Below the pieces are notes generated by a model. That model searched no databases. It saw nothing but the letters and a program-made list of their open reading frames with translations, and was not told the origin of the DNA. DNA of 64,000 nt from Spirochaetota bacterium (GTDB lineage: Bacteria; Spirochaetota; UBA4802; UBA5550). The position numbers and the translations under genes are program-made. The stretch is taken from contig OY760686.1 of assembly GCA_963663865.1 (NCBI GenBank), forward strand, positions 1,440,001-1,504,000. Reading direction: 5' to 3'. This document shows, piece after piece, positions 38,604 through 48,816 of the stretch (position 1 is its first letter; every line of letters begins with the position of its first letter).

Positions 38604-39662
38604 ATGAGGATGAGACTATTTATTATTATTCTGACGGTCTTTTCCATTTCCTGCGGGAAGTGGAAGGTCAGCAGTCTAAAGCCGTCTGACTACATGGAGA
38701 TTAAAAATGGTAAAGAGCCCGGCAATGTTCTGATAAACTACGACGAGTTTGCTCTGAGTGAGCTGTCCTTCGGAATAGGAATTCACAGGGATAATGTTCT
38801 TCTTGTGGATAATAATCTCAAGAGGATTCAGCTTCTGGACTCTGAAGGCAAGCCGGAGCTTGTAATTGGCTCCGTAAAGGACATCGAACATAAGGATATT
38901 AAGACCGCGCCATTTAATTTCAGCTCAATAGGCGTTTTTACAATGAGTGGAGACGGGAACATCTATGTTCAAAACCGTTTTACGCAGAGGTCAAACATCC
39001 CTGGCGGTCAGGACTCCATGAACTTCTCGCCGTCTTATATTCTGGTTTTTGATGAGAATGGGAAGCTGCACAGCACCCTTGGTCAGAGAGGAAATCCGGA
39101 TCTGCCTTTTTATTACATCGAGGAGATGAAGGTTGACGACCGGGACAGACTCATTGTTGTCTCCCGTTCATTTGACGCATGGAGTGTTTTTCGATTCGCA
39201 AAAAAGAAGCGTGATTACTATAAGAACCTGAGTTCGATTGAGTTCAAGGAAAAAGACGGTGACGATGTATACGAGGGCAAAATAGAGAATGTTAAGCCCT
39301 ACCAGAACGGTGAAACACTCATGATCAGCGTCGCCTATTATCACAAGAACAGGCTCAAGTTCCGCCGGATATACGATTTTTCAATACAGGGAGACAGGCT
39401 TGAACGTTCGGTTATTGATATTCCGGATCCGAGGAATGTTCTTTTCAGCATTATTGATGACAGACTTATTTATTTTTGGAACATGGATTCCACTGACGTC
39501 AAGTTTATGGTAAGCAACATGGACGGAACAATATTAAACAACCTGAGCCTTGATTTCAAGGATAAGAGCTGTCTGTATTCCAAGATTATTTCGAACGAGG
39601 AAGGGGAGCTCTTTTCATTTCATGTTACAAAGAAAGGAATCAATATCAGGAAGTGGGATTGA
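38604..39662 (+). CDS. Lipoprotein with NHL/beta-propeller-like repeats (resembles the Leptospira LIC_12708 family)
   Basis: Lipobox-like FSISC. Repeats such as LVDNNLKRIQLLD, GNIYVQ and ILVFDENGK...LGQRG. The family name is from recollection, not a search. Confidence 0.6.
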   Translation: MRMRLFIIILTVFSISCGKWKVSSLKPSDYMEIKNGKEPGNVLINYDEFALSELSFGIGIHRDNVLLVDNNLKRIQLLDSEGKPELVIGSVKDIEHKDIKTAPFNFSSIGVFTMSGDGNIYVQNRFTQRSNIPGGQDSMNFSPSYILVFDENGKLHSTLGQRGNPDLPFYYIEEMKVDDRDRLIVVSRSFDAWSVFRFAKKKRDYYKNLSSIEFKEKDGDDVYEGKIENVKPYQNGETLMISVAYYHKNRLKFRRIYDFSIQGDRLERSVIDIPDPRNVLFSIIDDRLIYFWNMDSTDVKFMVSNMDGTILNNLSLDFKDKSCLYSKIISNEEGELFSFHVTKKGINIRKWD

Positions 39663-39664
39663 AA

Positions 39665-41209
39665 ATGAAAGCTGTGACAGCCGCAGAGATGAGCGGCATT
39701 GACCGCCGGGCTATTGAAGAGTATGGTGTTCCACAGAAGCTGCTTATGGGTTATGCCGGCCGTGAGGTATGCAGCTATGTCATGTCTGAGTTCTCTGAAG
39801 CTGAAAGAATATGTGTCTTCTGCGGAGACGGCAACAATGGTGGAGACGGCTTCGCGGCCGCCTATCTTCTCTCAAATGTTGGTAAAAGCGTCAAAGCAGT
39901 TTTTGCCGGTGATGAGAGAAAGCTCTCTTCGGCTTCGGCTGTATTCCTTTCAATATGCCGGAAATCATCGGTTCCAGTAATAGCGGTCACTGACAGGGAA
40001 GATGTCGTAAGAGAACTGGCTTCCACAGACCTTATTGTTGACTCGGTACTTGGCACGGGGACTTCGGGGGCGCCCAGGGGACTCAAGGCCGAAGCGGTGA
40101 CCCTGATTAATCAGTCCGGCTTGCCCGTCCTTTCCGTCGATATTCCGAGCGGCCTGCCTTCAGACGGGCATGCTCCTGAAGGCGAGGCAGTTAAGGCATC
40201 TGCAACAGTCACTTTCGGCCTGCCGAAATTGGGCATGGTCGTGATGCCGGGCAGGGAGTATTGCGGCAAGGTTGCGGTTGCGGATATCGGTTTTCCCCTT
40301 CCACTTGTTAACAGCAGTGATCTCGGCTGCAGCCTGATTGACAGAGGCTATATCTCAAGGCTCCAGCTGAACCCGCTCAGGTCCGATACACATAAGGGAG
40401 AGAGAGGTCACCTTCTTATAGTGGGCGGCTTTGACGGAATGGAGGGGGCTGCAATCCTCGCTGCCGAAGCGGCGCTCGAGGCAGGTGTCGGGCTGGTAAC
40501 GGTCATGACAACCGGCAGCTCGCGCAAGGTCATAGCTGGCAGACAGCCGGAAATAATGACTGTGTCCCTCCCCGCAGGCCCTGATGAAAGCGAATTCAGG
40601 GCGCTCATACAGTCGCGCCGTTACGATGTTGTCCTGGCCGGGCCGGGAATGGGCCGTTCGGAGTATTCCCGCTCTGTGTTTCACCTGCTCCTTAAACTTA
40701 TCCCTGAGACTCAGGTTCAACGTGTTCTTCTTGACGCGGACGCGCTTTTTCACTACGAAGCTTCCTGTTCTTCAGGCTGCGCTCTTCCCGAAGGTGCCGG
40801 TTTTTTAATCACGCCGCATTTCATGGAGGCATCACGTATTCTTGGTGAGGGCATTGCTCAAATCAAAGCCGACAGGCCTGCGGCAGCCAGAAGGCTGGCG
40901 GAAATGACCGGATCGGCTGTTCTTCTGAAGGGGCCGGCTTCAATCGCGGTTTCAGGGCATACTATGAACATAAACACATCGGGGAATCCGGTACTGGCAA
41001 CCGGAGGGACAGGCGATGTCCTCGCCGGAATCGCGGCGGCATTTCTCCTGAGGGACATATCTGTTCTTGATGCCGCTTCCGCCGCCGCCTTTGTGCACGG
41101 AGCGGCGGCTGATATTTTCCGTGAGGAAAATGGACCGGTAATGAAGTCCTCAGATCTTCTGCGCTATATCAGGCGCGCTATTACGGGAAGGCCGGCCGCC
41201 GCCAATTAA
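39665..41209 (+). CDS. nnr: Bifunctional NAD(P)H-hydrate epimerase/dehydratase
   Basis: Motifs CGDGNNGGDG, DIPSG, HKGERG, GPGMG, LDADAL, TPHFMEA and ATGGTGDVLAG. Confidence 0.95.
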   Translation: MKAVTAAEMSGIDRRAIEEYGVPQKLLMGYAGREVCSYVMSEFSEAERICVFCGDGNNGGDGFAAAYLLSNVGKSVKAVFAGDERKLSSASAVFLSICRKSSVPVIAVTDREDVVRELASTDLIVDSVLGTGTSGAPRGLKAEAVTLINQSGLPVLSVDIPSGLPSDGHAPEGEAVKASATVTFGLPKLGMVVMPGREYCGKVAVADIGFPLPLVNSSDLGCSLIDRGYISRLQLNPLRSDTHKGERGHLLIVGGFDGMEGAAILAAEAALEAGVGLVTVMTTGSSRKVIAGRQPEIMTVSLPAGPDESEFRALIQSRRYDVVLAGPGMGRSEYSRSVFHLLLKLIPETQVQRVLLDADALFHYEASCSSGCALPEGAGFLITPHFMEASRILGEGIAQIKADRPAAARRLAEMTGSAVLLKGPASIAVSGHTMNINTSGNPVLATGGTGDVLAGIAAAFLLRDISVLDAASAAAFVHGAAADIFREENGPVMKSSDLLRYIRRAITGRPAAAN

Positions 41210-41248
41210 GTACGGCCGGTTCTATCCACCCACAAAAAAAGGAATAAT

Positions 41249-43681
41249 ATGAAAAGATATACACTTGAGAGGCTGGGGCCTCTGCTCCACTCTGTACAAA
41301 AACCCGCTTCATACATAGGCGGTGAGGTCAATGCGGTCGTTAAGGAAAAAGCTGACGTGCGAATGGCTGTGTCATATCCCGACCTTTATGAGATTGGAAT
41401 GTCCAACAATGGAATCCGCATTCTTTACGAGGCAGTCAATTCGCTTCCATACGCGGCATGCGAGAGGGTCTTTTCGCCTGCTGCCGATTTCGAAGGGGCG
41501 CTAAGGGGGGCCGGGTTAAAGCTCTTCACGCTTGAGACTCTGACACCTCTGTCCGAGCTCGATCTGCTCGGCATCAACGCGGCTCATGAGCTGCTGTATT
41601 CTAATATTCTGCAGCTGATTGATCTCGGCGGAATACCGCTTCTGACGAAGGATAGGGGAGACGGAGATCCCATTGTGCTGATAGGCGGGCAGGCGGTTTC
41701 AAATCCGCTGCCTCTGTTTGATTTTGCCGACGCCTTTTTTATCGGTGACGGAGAGGATGGCCTGAAAGAGGTTGCCGCGGCCATAGCCGGGGGTAAGAAA
41801 AACGCTGCTTCCCGCACGGAACTTATCAAAATGATCGGCAAGCTCGAAGGTATCCTGATTCCGGACGACTATATTTCCGGTCATGAAGGTGCTTCTCCGG
41901 TCAAAAAGAGGGTCTACAGGTCAAATGAACTCTCAGACCCGGAAAGGCCGATAGTTCCGAACATAAGGATTTCTCAGGACAGGGCGGTTGTTGAGGTGAC
42001 CAGGGGATGCTGGAACCTGTGCAAGTTCTGCCATTCGGGATACTACGATCTTCCTTACCGGGCCTACGATGAGGACAGGGTATTGAGCCGGGTTCTCAAG
42101 GTGCTTCAAAATACCGGTTACAGCGACCTTACCCTTTCCTCTCTGTCCTTGAGCGATTACCGCCCTCTGACAGGTCTTCTGCCGAGGCTGCTTCCGATTC
42201 TCAATGAGAAAGGTGTGAGTATTTCTCTGCCTTCACTGAAGGTTGATATGGGGACTTTGCCTCTTATTGAGCTCGTCAGCGATGTCAGAAAGACGTCTCT
42301 GACCTTTGCTGTAGAATCGGCCTCGGAGACAATGAGGTCGATATCTAACAAAAAGGTTCTTGAGGAGGACCTGCTTGACATAATACGCCATGTTTCCGGG
42401 AAGGGCTGGAAAAGGATCAAGTTCTATTTCATGCTCGGGCTGCCCGGCTGCAATAAGACCGATGAGGCTGAGGATGTGATAGTTCTTTTGAAGAAAGTCC
42501 AGTATGCGGGAAGAAAGAGACTCGAGATTAATGTGACCCTTTCACCATTTGTGCCTAAACCCCACACCCCGTTTCAGTGGGAGGCGCAGATGGATGCTGA
42601 CTACTTCAACGACGCGGTCTTGAGAATTAAACGCGGCCTTCCGCGGTCTATAAAGATTAAGAACCACGATGTCAACTCAACAATACTCGAAGGGGTTTTG
42701 GCCAGGGGAGATGAGAAGCTTGGAGCGGTAATTTATAAATCCTATCTTGACGGATGCCGAATGGATTCATGGCATGAACATTTCCGCTACAGCCTGTGGG
42801 AAAAGAATCTAAACGAGCTGCTGCCCGAGTGGAAGAGCTACACAGCTGCCCGTAATCCTGAAAAGCCACTTCCATGGTCAATAGTGGATACTGGATTCGG
42901 GAGGCTTGTCGGTGCATGGCGGGAGCGATGCGCTGATTTACAGAAGCTCAAGGACAGAGCAGGGCTTCCTCAGGAAGCTCCCGCGGCGGCCGAAAGCCTT
43001 GAGACTGATCCGCTGGCTGGAAAATACGAGGCTGTAACAACGCTCAGGCTCAGGCTCTCAAAAACCGGAAGGGCCAAATTTATACCGCATATCGACCAGA
43101 TTGAGATAATTAAGCGCTCGCTTCGCCGAAGCGGTATTCCAGCGGCCTTCACCCGGGGATTCAACCGTCACGAGAGGGTTGACCTGAGCTTTCCGGTCCC
43201 GATTGGTGTTGAAAGCCTTGCAGAGATCTGTGACGTACAGCTCTACGCGATTCCCGATGATGGTTTTAAAGACAGATTTGCTGAAACGCTTCCGGAGGGT
43301 ATCGGTCTCGTAGCCGCTGAATTCATCCCGGGCAGGGAGTCTGTGATGGGAATAACAGCGGCGTTTGGCTACACGGTTGAATGTCTGACTGATGATGCGG
43401 CTCTTGCTCTCAGGGCGGGAATTGATTCGAGGCCTGCTCTTATTAAAGAGACAAAAAAGGAATCAAAAGAGGTCCTGTTTGATGATGCGGTTCTTGATTT
43501 CAGCTTTCCGTCGGAGATGAAGCTTGAAATGACAACAAGGGCAGCGACCGGGAACGCGGTGAGGGCTGATTCTCTTGTTCTTCAGCTCGCAGGGTTTGAG
43601 CAAAGCCGTGTTTCAGAATTCAGGATCGTTAAAACGGCGCAGTATAGAGAAAAAGCGGATGGAGCTCTGGAGATTATTTGA
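41249..43681 (+). CDS. Radical SAM protein (TIGR03960-like) fused to a radical-SAM-linked domain (TIGR03936-like)
   Basis: Motifs KPASYIGGE, YPDLYEIGMSN, RGCWNLCKFC (CxxxCxxC) and FVPKPHTPFQW; C-terminal K.G.AKFI.H...RRSGIP.AFTRGFN.H. Confidence 0.88.
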   Translation: MKRYTLERLGPLLHSVQKPASYIGGEVNAVVKEKADVRMAVSYPDLYEIGMSNNGIRILYEAVNSLPYAACERVFSPAADFEGALRGAGLKLFTLETLTPLSELDLLGINAAHELLYSNILQLIDLGGIPLLTKDRGDGDPIVLIGGQAVSNPLPLFDFADAFFIGDGEDGLKEVAAAIAGGKKNAASRTELIKMIGKLEGILIPDDYISGHEGASPVKKRVYRSNELSDPERPIVPNIRISQDRAVVEVTRGCWNLCKFCHSGYYDLPYRAYDEDRVLSRVLKVLQNTGYSDLTLSSLSLSDYRPLTGLLPRLLPILNEKGVSISLPSLKVDMGTLPLIELVSDVRKTSLTFAVESASETMRSISNKKVLEEDLLDIIRHVSGKGWKRIKFYFMLGLPGCNKTDEAEDVIVLLKKVQYAGRKRLEINVTLSPFVPKPHTPFQWEAQMDADYFNDAVLRIKRGLPRSIKIKNHDVNSTILEGVLARGDEKLGAVIYKSYLDGCRMDSWHEHFRYSLWEKNLNELLPEWKSYTAARNPEKPLPWSIVDTGFGRLVGAWRERCADLQKLKDRAGLPQEAPAAAESLETDPLAGKYEAVTTLRLRLSKTGRAKFIPHIDQIEIIKRSLRRSGIPAAFTRGFNRHERVDLSFPVPIGVESLAEICDVQLYAIPDDGFKDRFAETLPEGIGLVAAEFIPGRESVMGITAAFGYTVECLTDDAALALRAGIDSRPALIKETKKESKEVLFDDAVLDFSFPSEMKLEMTTRAATGNAVRADSLVLQLAGFEQSRVSEFRIVKTAQYREKADGALEII

Positions 43682-43705
43682 AATAATTGAGGTTTTTTAA
43701 TAAGT

Positions 43706-43760
43706 AAGCCGCAGGGCCGGAATTCAGCCTCCGAAAGATTACGGAGGCTGACTGCGGCTT
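43706..43760. terminator. Hairpin between convergent genes (probable bidirectional terminator)
   Basis: Nested inverted repeats AAGCCGCAG/CTGCGGCTT and CAGCCTCCG/CGGAGGCTG. Confidence 0.65.
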
Positions 43761-43767
43761 GTGAGCA

Positions 43768-45426
43768 TTAGAAGCTGTTTCTGTGTGTCTTCCACATATC
43801 GTCAACAAACTGCGACTTGGAGGTCTGCACCGGATGCGTGTAAACCGGGTGACCGCAAGCCGCGAGGTGTTCCGGCGTTTCACTCATCCATCTGTCCGTA
43901 TACTCAAGGTAGTACGGGAAAGCGAGGTTTTCCTCTGCGCCGAAGACTCGTGCGCACAGCGAGAAACCTGTCATATATGCTGAATGCATTCGTCTATACG
44001 TTTCCTGTTTTTCGCCGCCGCCGGGATATGCTTCTTCAAGCCAGCCCCACTCTTCCGGGTGCAGAATCTCGTGTTCAGTATCATTGCCGCTTGTGCCGTC
44101 TCTCCATAGATATTTGGCCCCTGTCCAGCTCTCTCCGTACAAGAGTATTTCGCTGAAAACGGAACGTCTGGTTTCTTCGAAGACGTACAGCTGGCCTTCT
44201 CCGTAGGACGGGCTGTTGTTATCTCCATTGACCCACATGTCTCTCATCTCATCATCATTGAGTATTATGCCGGCGAAGATTACAGGCCAGCGGTAGTTGT
44301 AGGCCCCTGTGCCTGGTGATTTAAGCATTGTGTAGTAATCGATGGCCACCTGGATGTAATTCTGAACAAGAACTGTCCTGTCGCCCCAGTCGGTCATACA
44401 CAGCACTGCTCCGTGGCTGAGAAGCAGGGCAACATCCTGGTGATAGGATGGGCTGTTCTGTACCGGCATAATGTAACGGTGTGTCCAGCCGGCGTTGTGA
44501 AGCAGCCATGGCCTTTCAAACCAGCGCTCATAATTCTTTTTAATTGTGTCGGCTGTCGGGGTTGATGAAACCGCATTGAGTGAAGGAAGCCTGTCCCATT
44601 GAATCTCGCTCGTGTTGTATATTCTTTTCTCCGTGCCGATTATTCCGGGCCTGAATGAGCCTTCTGACGGAACATCGGTCAGAACGGTCAGAACTGATGC
44701 TGAGTAGACTGACGGTCTCGGATTTGTTTCATTTTCATCCTCTGATATTGTGGAAACAAGAGAGGAGTCTGCTTCGATCTCAACAGGGAAGCTGACCTTG
44801 TACTTGTCGGTATATCCCACCGACCTTGAATCGTATGAGTGACCGCCATTCGGGGGATTGATCATAGATCCGTTGATATAGTATCCATTGGCTGTTGTAC
44901 GGGGCGAGGGAGATACCTCTTCAACGGTTACGGGCCCGACTACCCAGTAGTCGCCTGTTACGAAACGTCCATACGTTACTGTTTTGCTGAAGGTCCAGGT
45001 AATACCGTTATGTGTGATAGTACTGCCTTCGGTGGTTTCAGCCGGAACCGTGCCGCTGTTCTCATCTTCCTGTTCATCGCTCACGTCGCCACTTTCAGAA
45101 TCGTCATCATCGGTGGTGTATCCTTCATCAGTTGTGTCTGATGAGTCGGCCGTTTCCGTTTCATCTGCAGCTTCAGATTCGTCAACATCATCAGCTTCGG
45201 AGACATCTGATGATGTTTCACTTTCGTTTTCTTCATCAGACTGGTAATCTGATGAAGTACTTGGCTGAGATGAAACAGGGTCAGAGCCGGTTTCAACTGT
45301 TGTTTCGACCGGTTCTCCGGGAATGTACGTCCCGCTGCATCCTGTGCTCAGAATAAAAATTCCGGCAGCTGCCGCAGCAAGGGTTGCTAAGATTTTATTG
45401 CTCAAGGTTATGGTTTTTGTTTTCAT
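43768..45426 (-). CDS. Lipoprotein of unknown function with an acidic low-complexity stalk (paralog 1)
   Basis: Signal ending LSTGC, a ~100-aa D/E/S/T-rich tract, then a ~415-aa domain shared with 45635..47041. GGAG RBS. Confidence 0.85.
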   Translation of the reverse strand: MKTKTITLSNKILATLAAAAAGIFILSTGCSGTYIPGEPVETTVETGSDPVSSQPSTSSDYQSDEENESETSSDVSEADDVDESEAADETETADSSDTTDEGYTTDDDDSESGDVSDEQEDENSGTVPAETTEGSTITHNGITWTFSKTVTYGRFVTGDYWVVGPVTVEEVSPSPRTTANGYYINGSMINPPNGGHSYDSRSVGYTDKYKVSFPVEIEADSSLVSTISEDENETNPRPSVYSASVLTVLTDVPSEGSFRPGIIGTEKRIYNTSEIQWDRLPSLNAVSSTPTADTIKKNYERWFERPWLLHNAGWTHRYIMPVQNSPSYHQDVALLLSHGAVLCMTDWGDRTVLVQNYIQVAIDYYTMLKSPGTGAYNYRWPVIFAGIILNDDEMRDMWVNGDNNSPSYGEGQLYVFEETRRSVFSEILLYGESWTGAKYLWRDGTSGNDTEHEILHPEEWGWLEEAYPGGGEKQETYRRMHSAYMTGFSLCARVFGAEENLAFPYYLEYTDRWMSETPEHLAACGHPVYTHPVQTSKSQFVDDMWKTHRNSF

Positions 45427-45574
45427 GTCAGTGCTCCTGTTTATATGTTGCTCTTTGTTCCCAACTCCGGAATTGGCGAACAGAGGAATGTATAAAAAGG
45501 ATTTGAAATCGGCGAAAAAAAGTTAATAAACTTGAAAAAAAAACGTCAAAATGCTCATTAATAGAGATGTGACA

Positions 45575-45610
45575 TAAATAAAAGCGGGCAGGGAGAGTTA
45601 TTGCCCGCTC
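45575..45610 (-). terminator. Rho-independent terminator of paralog 2
   Basis: Minus strand AGCGGGCA-loop-TGCCCGCT followed by TTTATTTAT. Confidence 0.7.
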
Positions 45611-45634
45611 CGGCGGTAAAAGACTGAGGAGAAA

Positions 45635-47041
45635 CTACTTATAAGTACTTCTGTACTGTTTCCACATGTCGTCGACAAATTCAGATTTTGAGGTCTGAGC
45701 CGGGTGTGTCCCTACGGGGTGACCGCAGTCAGCCAGGTGTTCGGGCGTCTCGCTCATCCATCTGTCGGTGTACTCGAGATAGTACTTAAAAGCCAGCTTG
45801 TCTTTAGCGTTAAAAGCGTGTACGCAGAGTGAAAAGCCTGCCATATAGGCCGAGTGCATGCGCCTGTAGGTTTCCATCTTCTCGCCGCCCCCGGTGTAGG
45901 CTTCTTCAAGCCAGTACCATTCGTTAGGGTGAAGCAGTTCGTGTTCTGAGTCGTTGCCGTTTGTGCCGTCCCTCCAGAGATAGGTTGCATCGGTCCAGCT
46001 TTTCCCTTTGGGCAGTAGTATATTACTAAAAATAGTCCTGTTAGTCTCTTCGAAAATGTACAGCTGACCCTCTCCATATGAAGGGGAATTGTTGGTCTTG
46101 TTTATCCACATATCTGTCATTTCGGTGTTATTCAGCATAATTCCTGCAAATATTACCGGCCATCGGTAGTTGTAGGCCCCTGTCCCAGGGGATTTCAGCA
46201 TTGTGAAGTAATCGATTCCTACCTGTATGTAGTTCTGTACAAGCGTGGTCCTGTCTCCCCAGTCTGTAATACACAGAACAGCTCCGTGGCTGAGCAGGAG
46301 GGCCACATCCTGATGATAGGAAGGGCTGTTCTCAACCGGCATAATATAGCGGTGCGTCCAGCCGCTGTTGTGAAGAAGCCACGGTCTTTCGAACCACCTT
46401 TCGTAGTTCTCCTTTATCGACTCGGCTGAGGGAATTGAAGAGGGGGGCTCAAGCGCAGGCAGGCGGTCCCACTGAATGTCTTTTACGTTGTAAAGGGTTT
46501 TTTCAGTGCCTATGACTCCGGGCCTGAACGAGCCCTCCGGAGGGGCTTCAGCCAGCACCGTGAGCACTGACGCCGAGTGGACTGAGGGCCTCGGGTTATC
46601 TTCAGATGCGTCCTCAGATACGGTCGAAACAAGGGAAGAGCCGGGTTCAATCGTTACCGGAAACGTGAAAATGTGTTCTTCCGAGTATCCGACAGAGCGG
46701 GAGTCATATGAGTGGCTTCCATTTGCGGGATTGATCATGGATCCGTTTATATAGTTGCCCTTTTCTTCCTGTGGCGGCGGATATACAGAATCGACTGTAA
46801 CGGGGCCCACTACCCAGTAATCTCCTGTAACAAATCTTCCGTATTGAACGGGATTTTCAAATGACCAGGTTATATCATAGGAGGTTATTGAGTTCTCTGT
46901 TGTCGTGCGCTTCGGCTGATACGTCTTTTGCTGGCACGTTGCGGTCGACAGCAAAAGCAGCATGACAATTGAGGCAAGAACATTCATACTGAAATTCTCA
47001 GCCTTTAAGGAACCCGATCCTCTTTTGAACACTTCTTTCAT
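45635..47041 (-). CDS. Probable lipoprotein of unknown function (paralog 2)
   Basis: Hydrophobic stretch ending LSTATC; same conserved domain as paralog 1 but without the acidic stalk. Confidence 0.85.
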   Translation of the reverse strand: MKEVFKRGSGSLKAENFSMNVLASIVMLLLLSTATCQQKTYQPKRTTTENSITSYDITWSFENPVQYGRFVTGDYWVVGPVTVDSVYPPPQEEKGNYINGSMINPANGSHSYDSRSVGYSEEHIFTFPVTIEPGSSLVSTVSEDASEDNPRPSVHSASVLTVLAEAPPEGSFRPGVIGTEKTLYNVKDIQWDRLPALEPPSSIPSAESIKENYERWFERPWLLHNSGWTHRYIMPVENSPSYHQDVALLLSHGAVLCITDWGDRTTLVQNYIQVGIDYFTMLKSPGTGAYNYRWPVIFAGIMLNNTEMTDMWINKTNNSPSYGEGQLYIFEETNRTIFSNILLPKGKSWTDATYLWRDGTNGNDSEHELLHPNEWYWLEEAYTGGGEKMETYRRMHSAYMAGFSLCVHAFNAKDKLAFKYYLEYTDRWMSETPEHLADCGHPVGTHPAQTSKSEFVDDMWKQYRSTYK

Positions 47042-47399
47042 AAAGACTCCCCTGTTGGAAAAGGAATTATGTAGTAAATAGCAAAAGAACCACTACAATG
47101 TAATGTTAAAATCAAATCAAGGATGAATCAAATAATAAATTAAAGATTTTCGTGTAGAAATATAATAAGTTCAATTAGGAATACATCCCTAAGATTTTAA
47201 TATCGAGTCACAGCTAAACAGGGAAAGGCCAGCAGGCACTGATTAAGAGTGAAATTCTTAAAATGATTGACATATTTGAGGGATGACGATAGGTTTTCAC
47301 CCGGGTACAACAGGGCAATTATGCATGATGTTTGCCCCCAGGAGGCATTTGCCGGACTGTGTATCAACGGCAAGGGATATTCACGGGAAAAACAGAAAG

Positions 47400-48317
47400 A
47401 TGCTCACAATAATTTTCGTTAACTACAGAAGTTCAGCGCTTCTTGACAGGTGCCTCCTTTCCATTGAAAAGTATGAGGCTGACTATCGCAGGTATGAGAT
47501 TGTAGTTGTTGATAATAACTCCTCGGACCCGGGACTCGCTGAGGTCCTGTCCAGATTTCCATACATTAAACTTATTCAGGCGCCTGAAAACGGGGGCTTC
47601 GCTTACGGAAATAATATTGGAATTCGAACCGCAAAATACAATACAATTCTCCTGCTTAATCCGGACACATACCTGACTGATAATGCCATAAGCAAGCTTT
47701 ACCGTCGAATGAATGACATTCCGGAAACTGACATCATCGGGCCAAAGCTTCTCAATCCCGACGGAAGCAATCAATCATATTTTCTGCCCAAGACATATCT
47801 TACGCTGTGGAGGCTCTTCTGCGAGAGGTTGTTTCTGCATCGTCTTTTCAGGAGAAGCCGTTTCTTCAACTCCTATCTGAGAACGTATATGGATTATGAC
47901 AGCGAGAGCCCTGTTGAGCAGGTTTCCGGTGCGGCGTTCATGTTCAGGCGGAGGGTTGTCAGGGAGATAGGCCTGTTCGACGAGAGGTACTTCATGTATT
48001 TTGAGGAAAGTGATTTCTGCAGAAAGGCAGCGAGACGCGGCTTCCGGCTTCTCTACTATCCGGGCAGCTCAATTGTTCACGATTCCGGGCTTGGCTCCGA
48101 GGCCAACTGGTCAAGGTCCTGCGGATGGTATATATCCTCATTTAAACAGTATTTCAAAAATAATTTTTCTTGCTTTTCGTACGCACTGGCTTTAATAATT
48201 TATTTCACCGGGGCTTTGCTAAGGTTTGCCGGATCGCTTGTAACCGGCAGGAAGAAATGCCGTTATTATTTTTTCGAAATGATATATATTATCGGCTTTG
48301 GAGCGGGTCGCAACTGA
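47400..48317 (+). CDS. Glycosyltransferase family 2 (WbbL-like)
   Basis: Motifs IIFVNY, VVDNNSSD, NGGFAYGNN, LLNPDT, VSGAAFM and FDERYFMYFEESDFC. The start is probably ATG 47400. Confidence 0.9.
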   Translation: MLTIIFVNYRSSALLDRCLLSIEKYEADYRRYEIVVVDNNSSDPGLAEVLSRFPYIKLIQAPENGGFAYGNNIGIRTAKYNTILLLNPDTYLTDNAISKLYRRMNDIPETDIIGPKLLNPDGSNQSYFLPKTYLTLWRLFCERLFLHRLFRRSRFFNSYLRTYMDYDSESPVEQVSGAAFMFRRRVVREIGLFDERYFMYFEESDFCRKAARRGFRLLYYPGSSIVHDSGLGSEANWSRSCGWYISSFKQYFKNNFSCFSYALALIIYFTGALLRFAGSLVTGRKKCRYYFFEMIYIIGFGAGRN

Positions 48318-48363
48318 CCGGGCGGTGGTCTGTGTCATAAACCGGATATCAGAGGAGCGGAGT

Positions 48364-48816
48364 TTGAAAAAGATACTGCTTGTTGCGTCTTCGGGCGGCC
48401 ATCTCTATCAGCTGCACAGCCTGAAGAATTTCTGGGGCTCCAGAGAACACTGCTGGGTGAGCTTCCCGTCGCAGGATTCCAGGGTGATGCTTGAAAAGGA
48501 GAAAGTCTACTGGGCCCATTATCCCACAAACCGAAGCATTAAAAATCTCTTTAAAAACCTCGTCCTCGCCGTAAAAATTATCCGAAAGGAGAGGCCCTCT
48601 CTGATAATCTCGACTGGAGCGGGGGTTGCTGTTCCATTCATAGTCTGCGGTTTCATTATGAGGGTGAAGACGGTTTACCTCGAATCAATAACCAGAAACG
48701 AAAAGCTCTCACTCTCAGCGTTGCTGATATATCCCTTCGTGAGCATGCTGCTTGTGCAGTGGCCTCAGCTCGCTGCCAGATACAAAAAAGCAAGGTACGA
48801 AGGGAGGATAATATGA
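48364..48816 (+). CDS. PssD/Cps14F (Alg14-like) glycosyltransferase subunit
   Basis: Motifs LVASSGGHL.QL, ISTGAGVAVPF, YLESITR and VQWP. TTG 48364 follows GAGGAG. Confidence 0.88.
   Translation: MKKILLVASSGGHLYQLHSLKNFWGSREHCWVSFPSQDSRVMLEKEKVYWAHYPTNRSIKNLFKNLVLAVKIIRKERPSLIISTGAGVAVPFIVCGFIMRVKTVYLESITRNEKLSLSALLIYPFVSMLLVQWPQLAARYKKARYEGRII

Noticed and set aside
47042-47399. c-di-GMP riboswitch or sRNA in the AT-rich divergent gap
   Set aside because: GGCAAA-like words occur but I could not build the two-stem GEMM consensus; an Rfam/Infernal scan would settle it.
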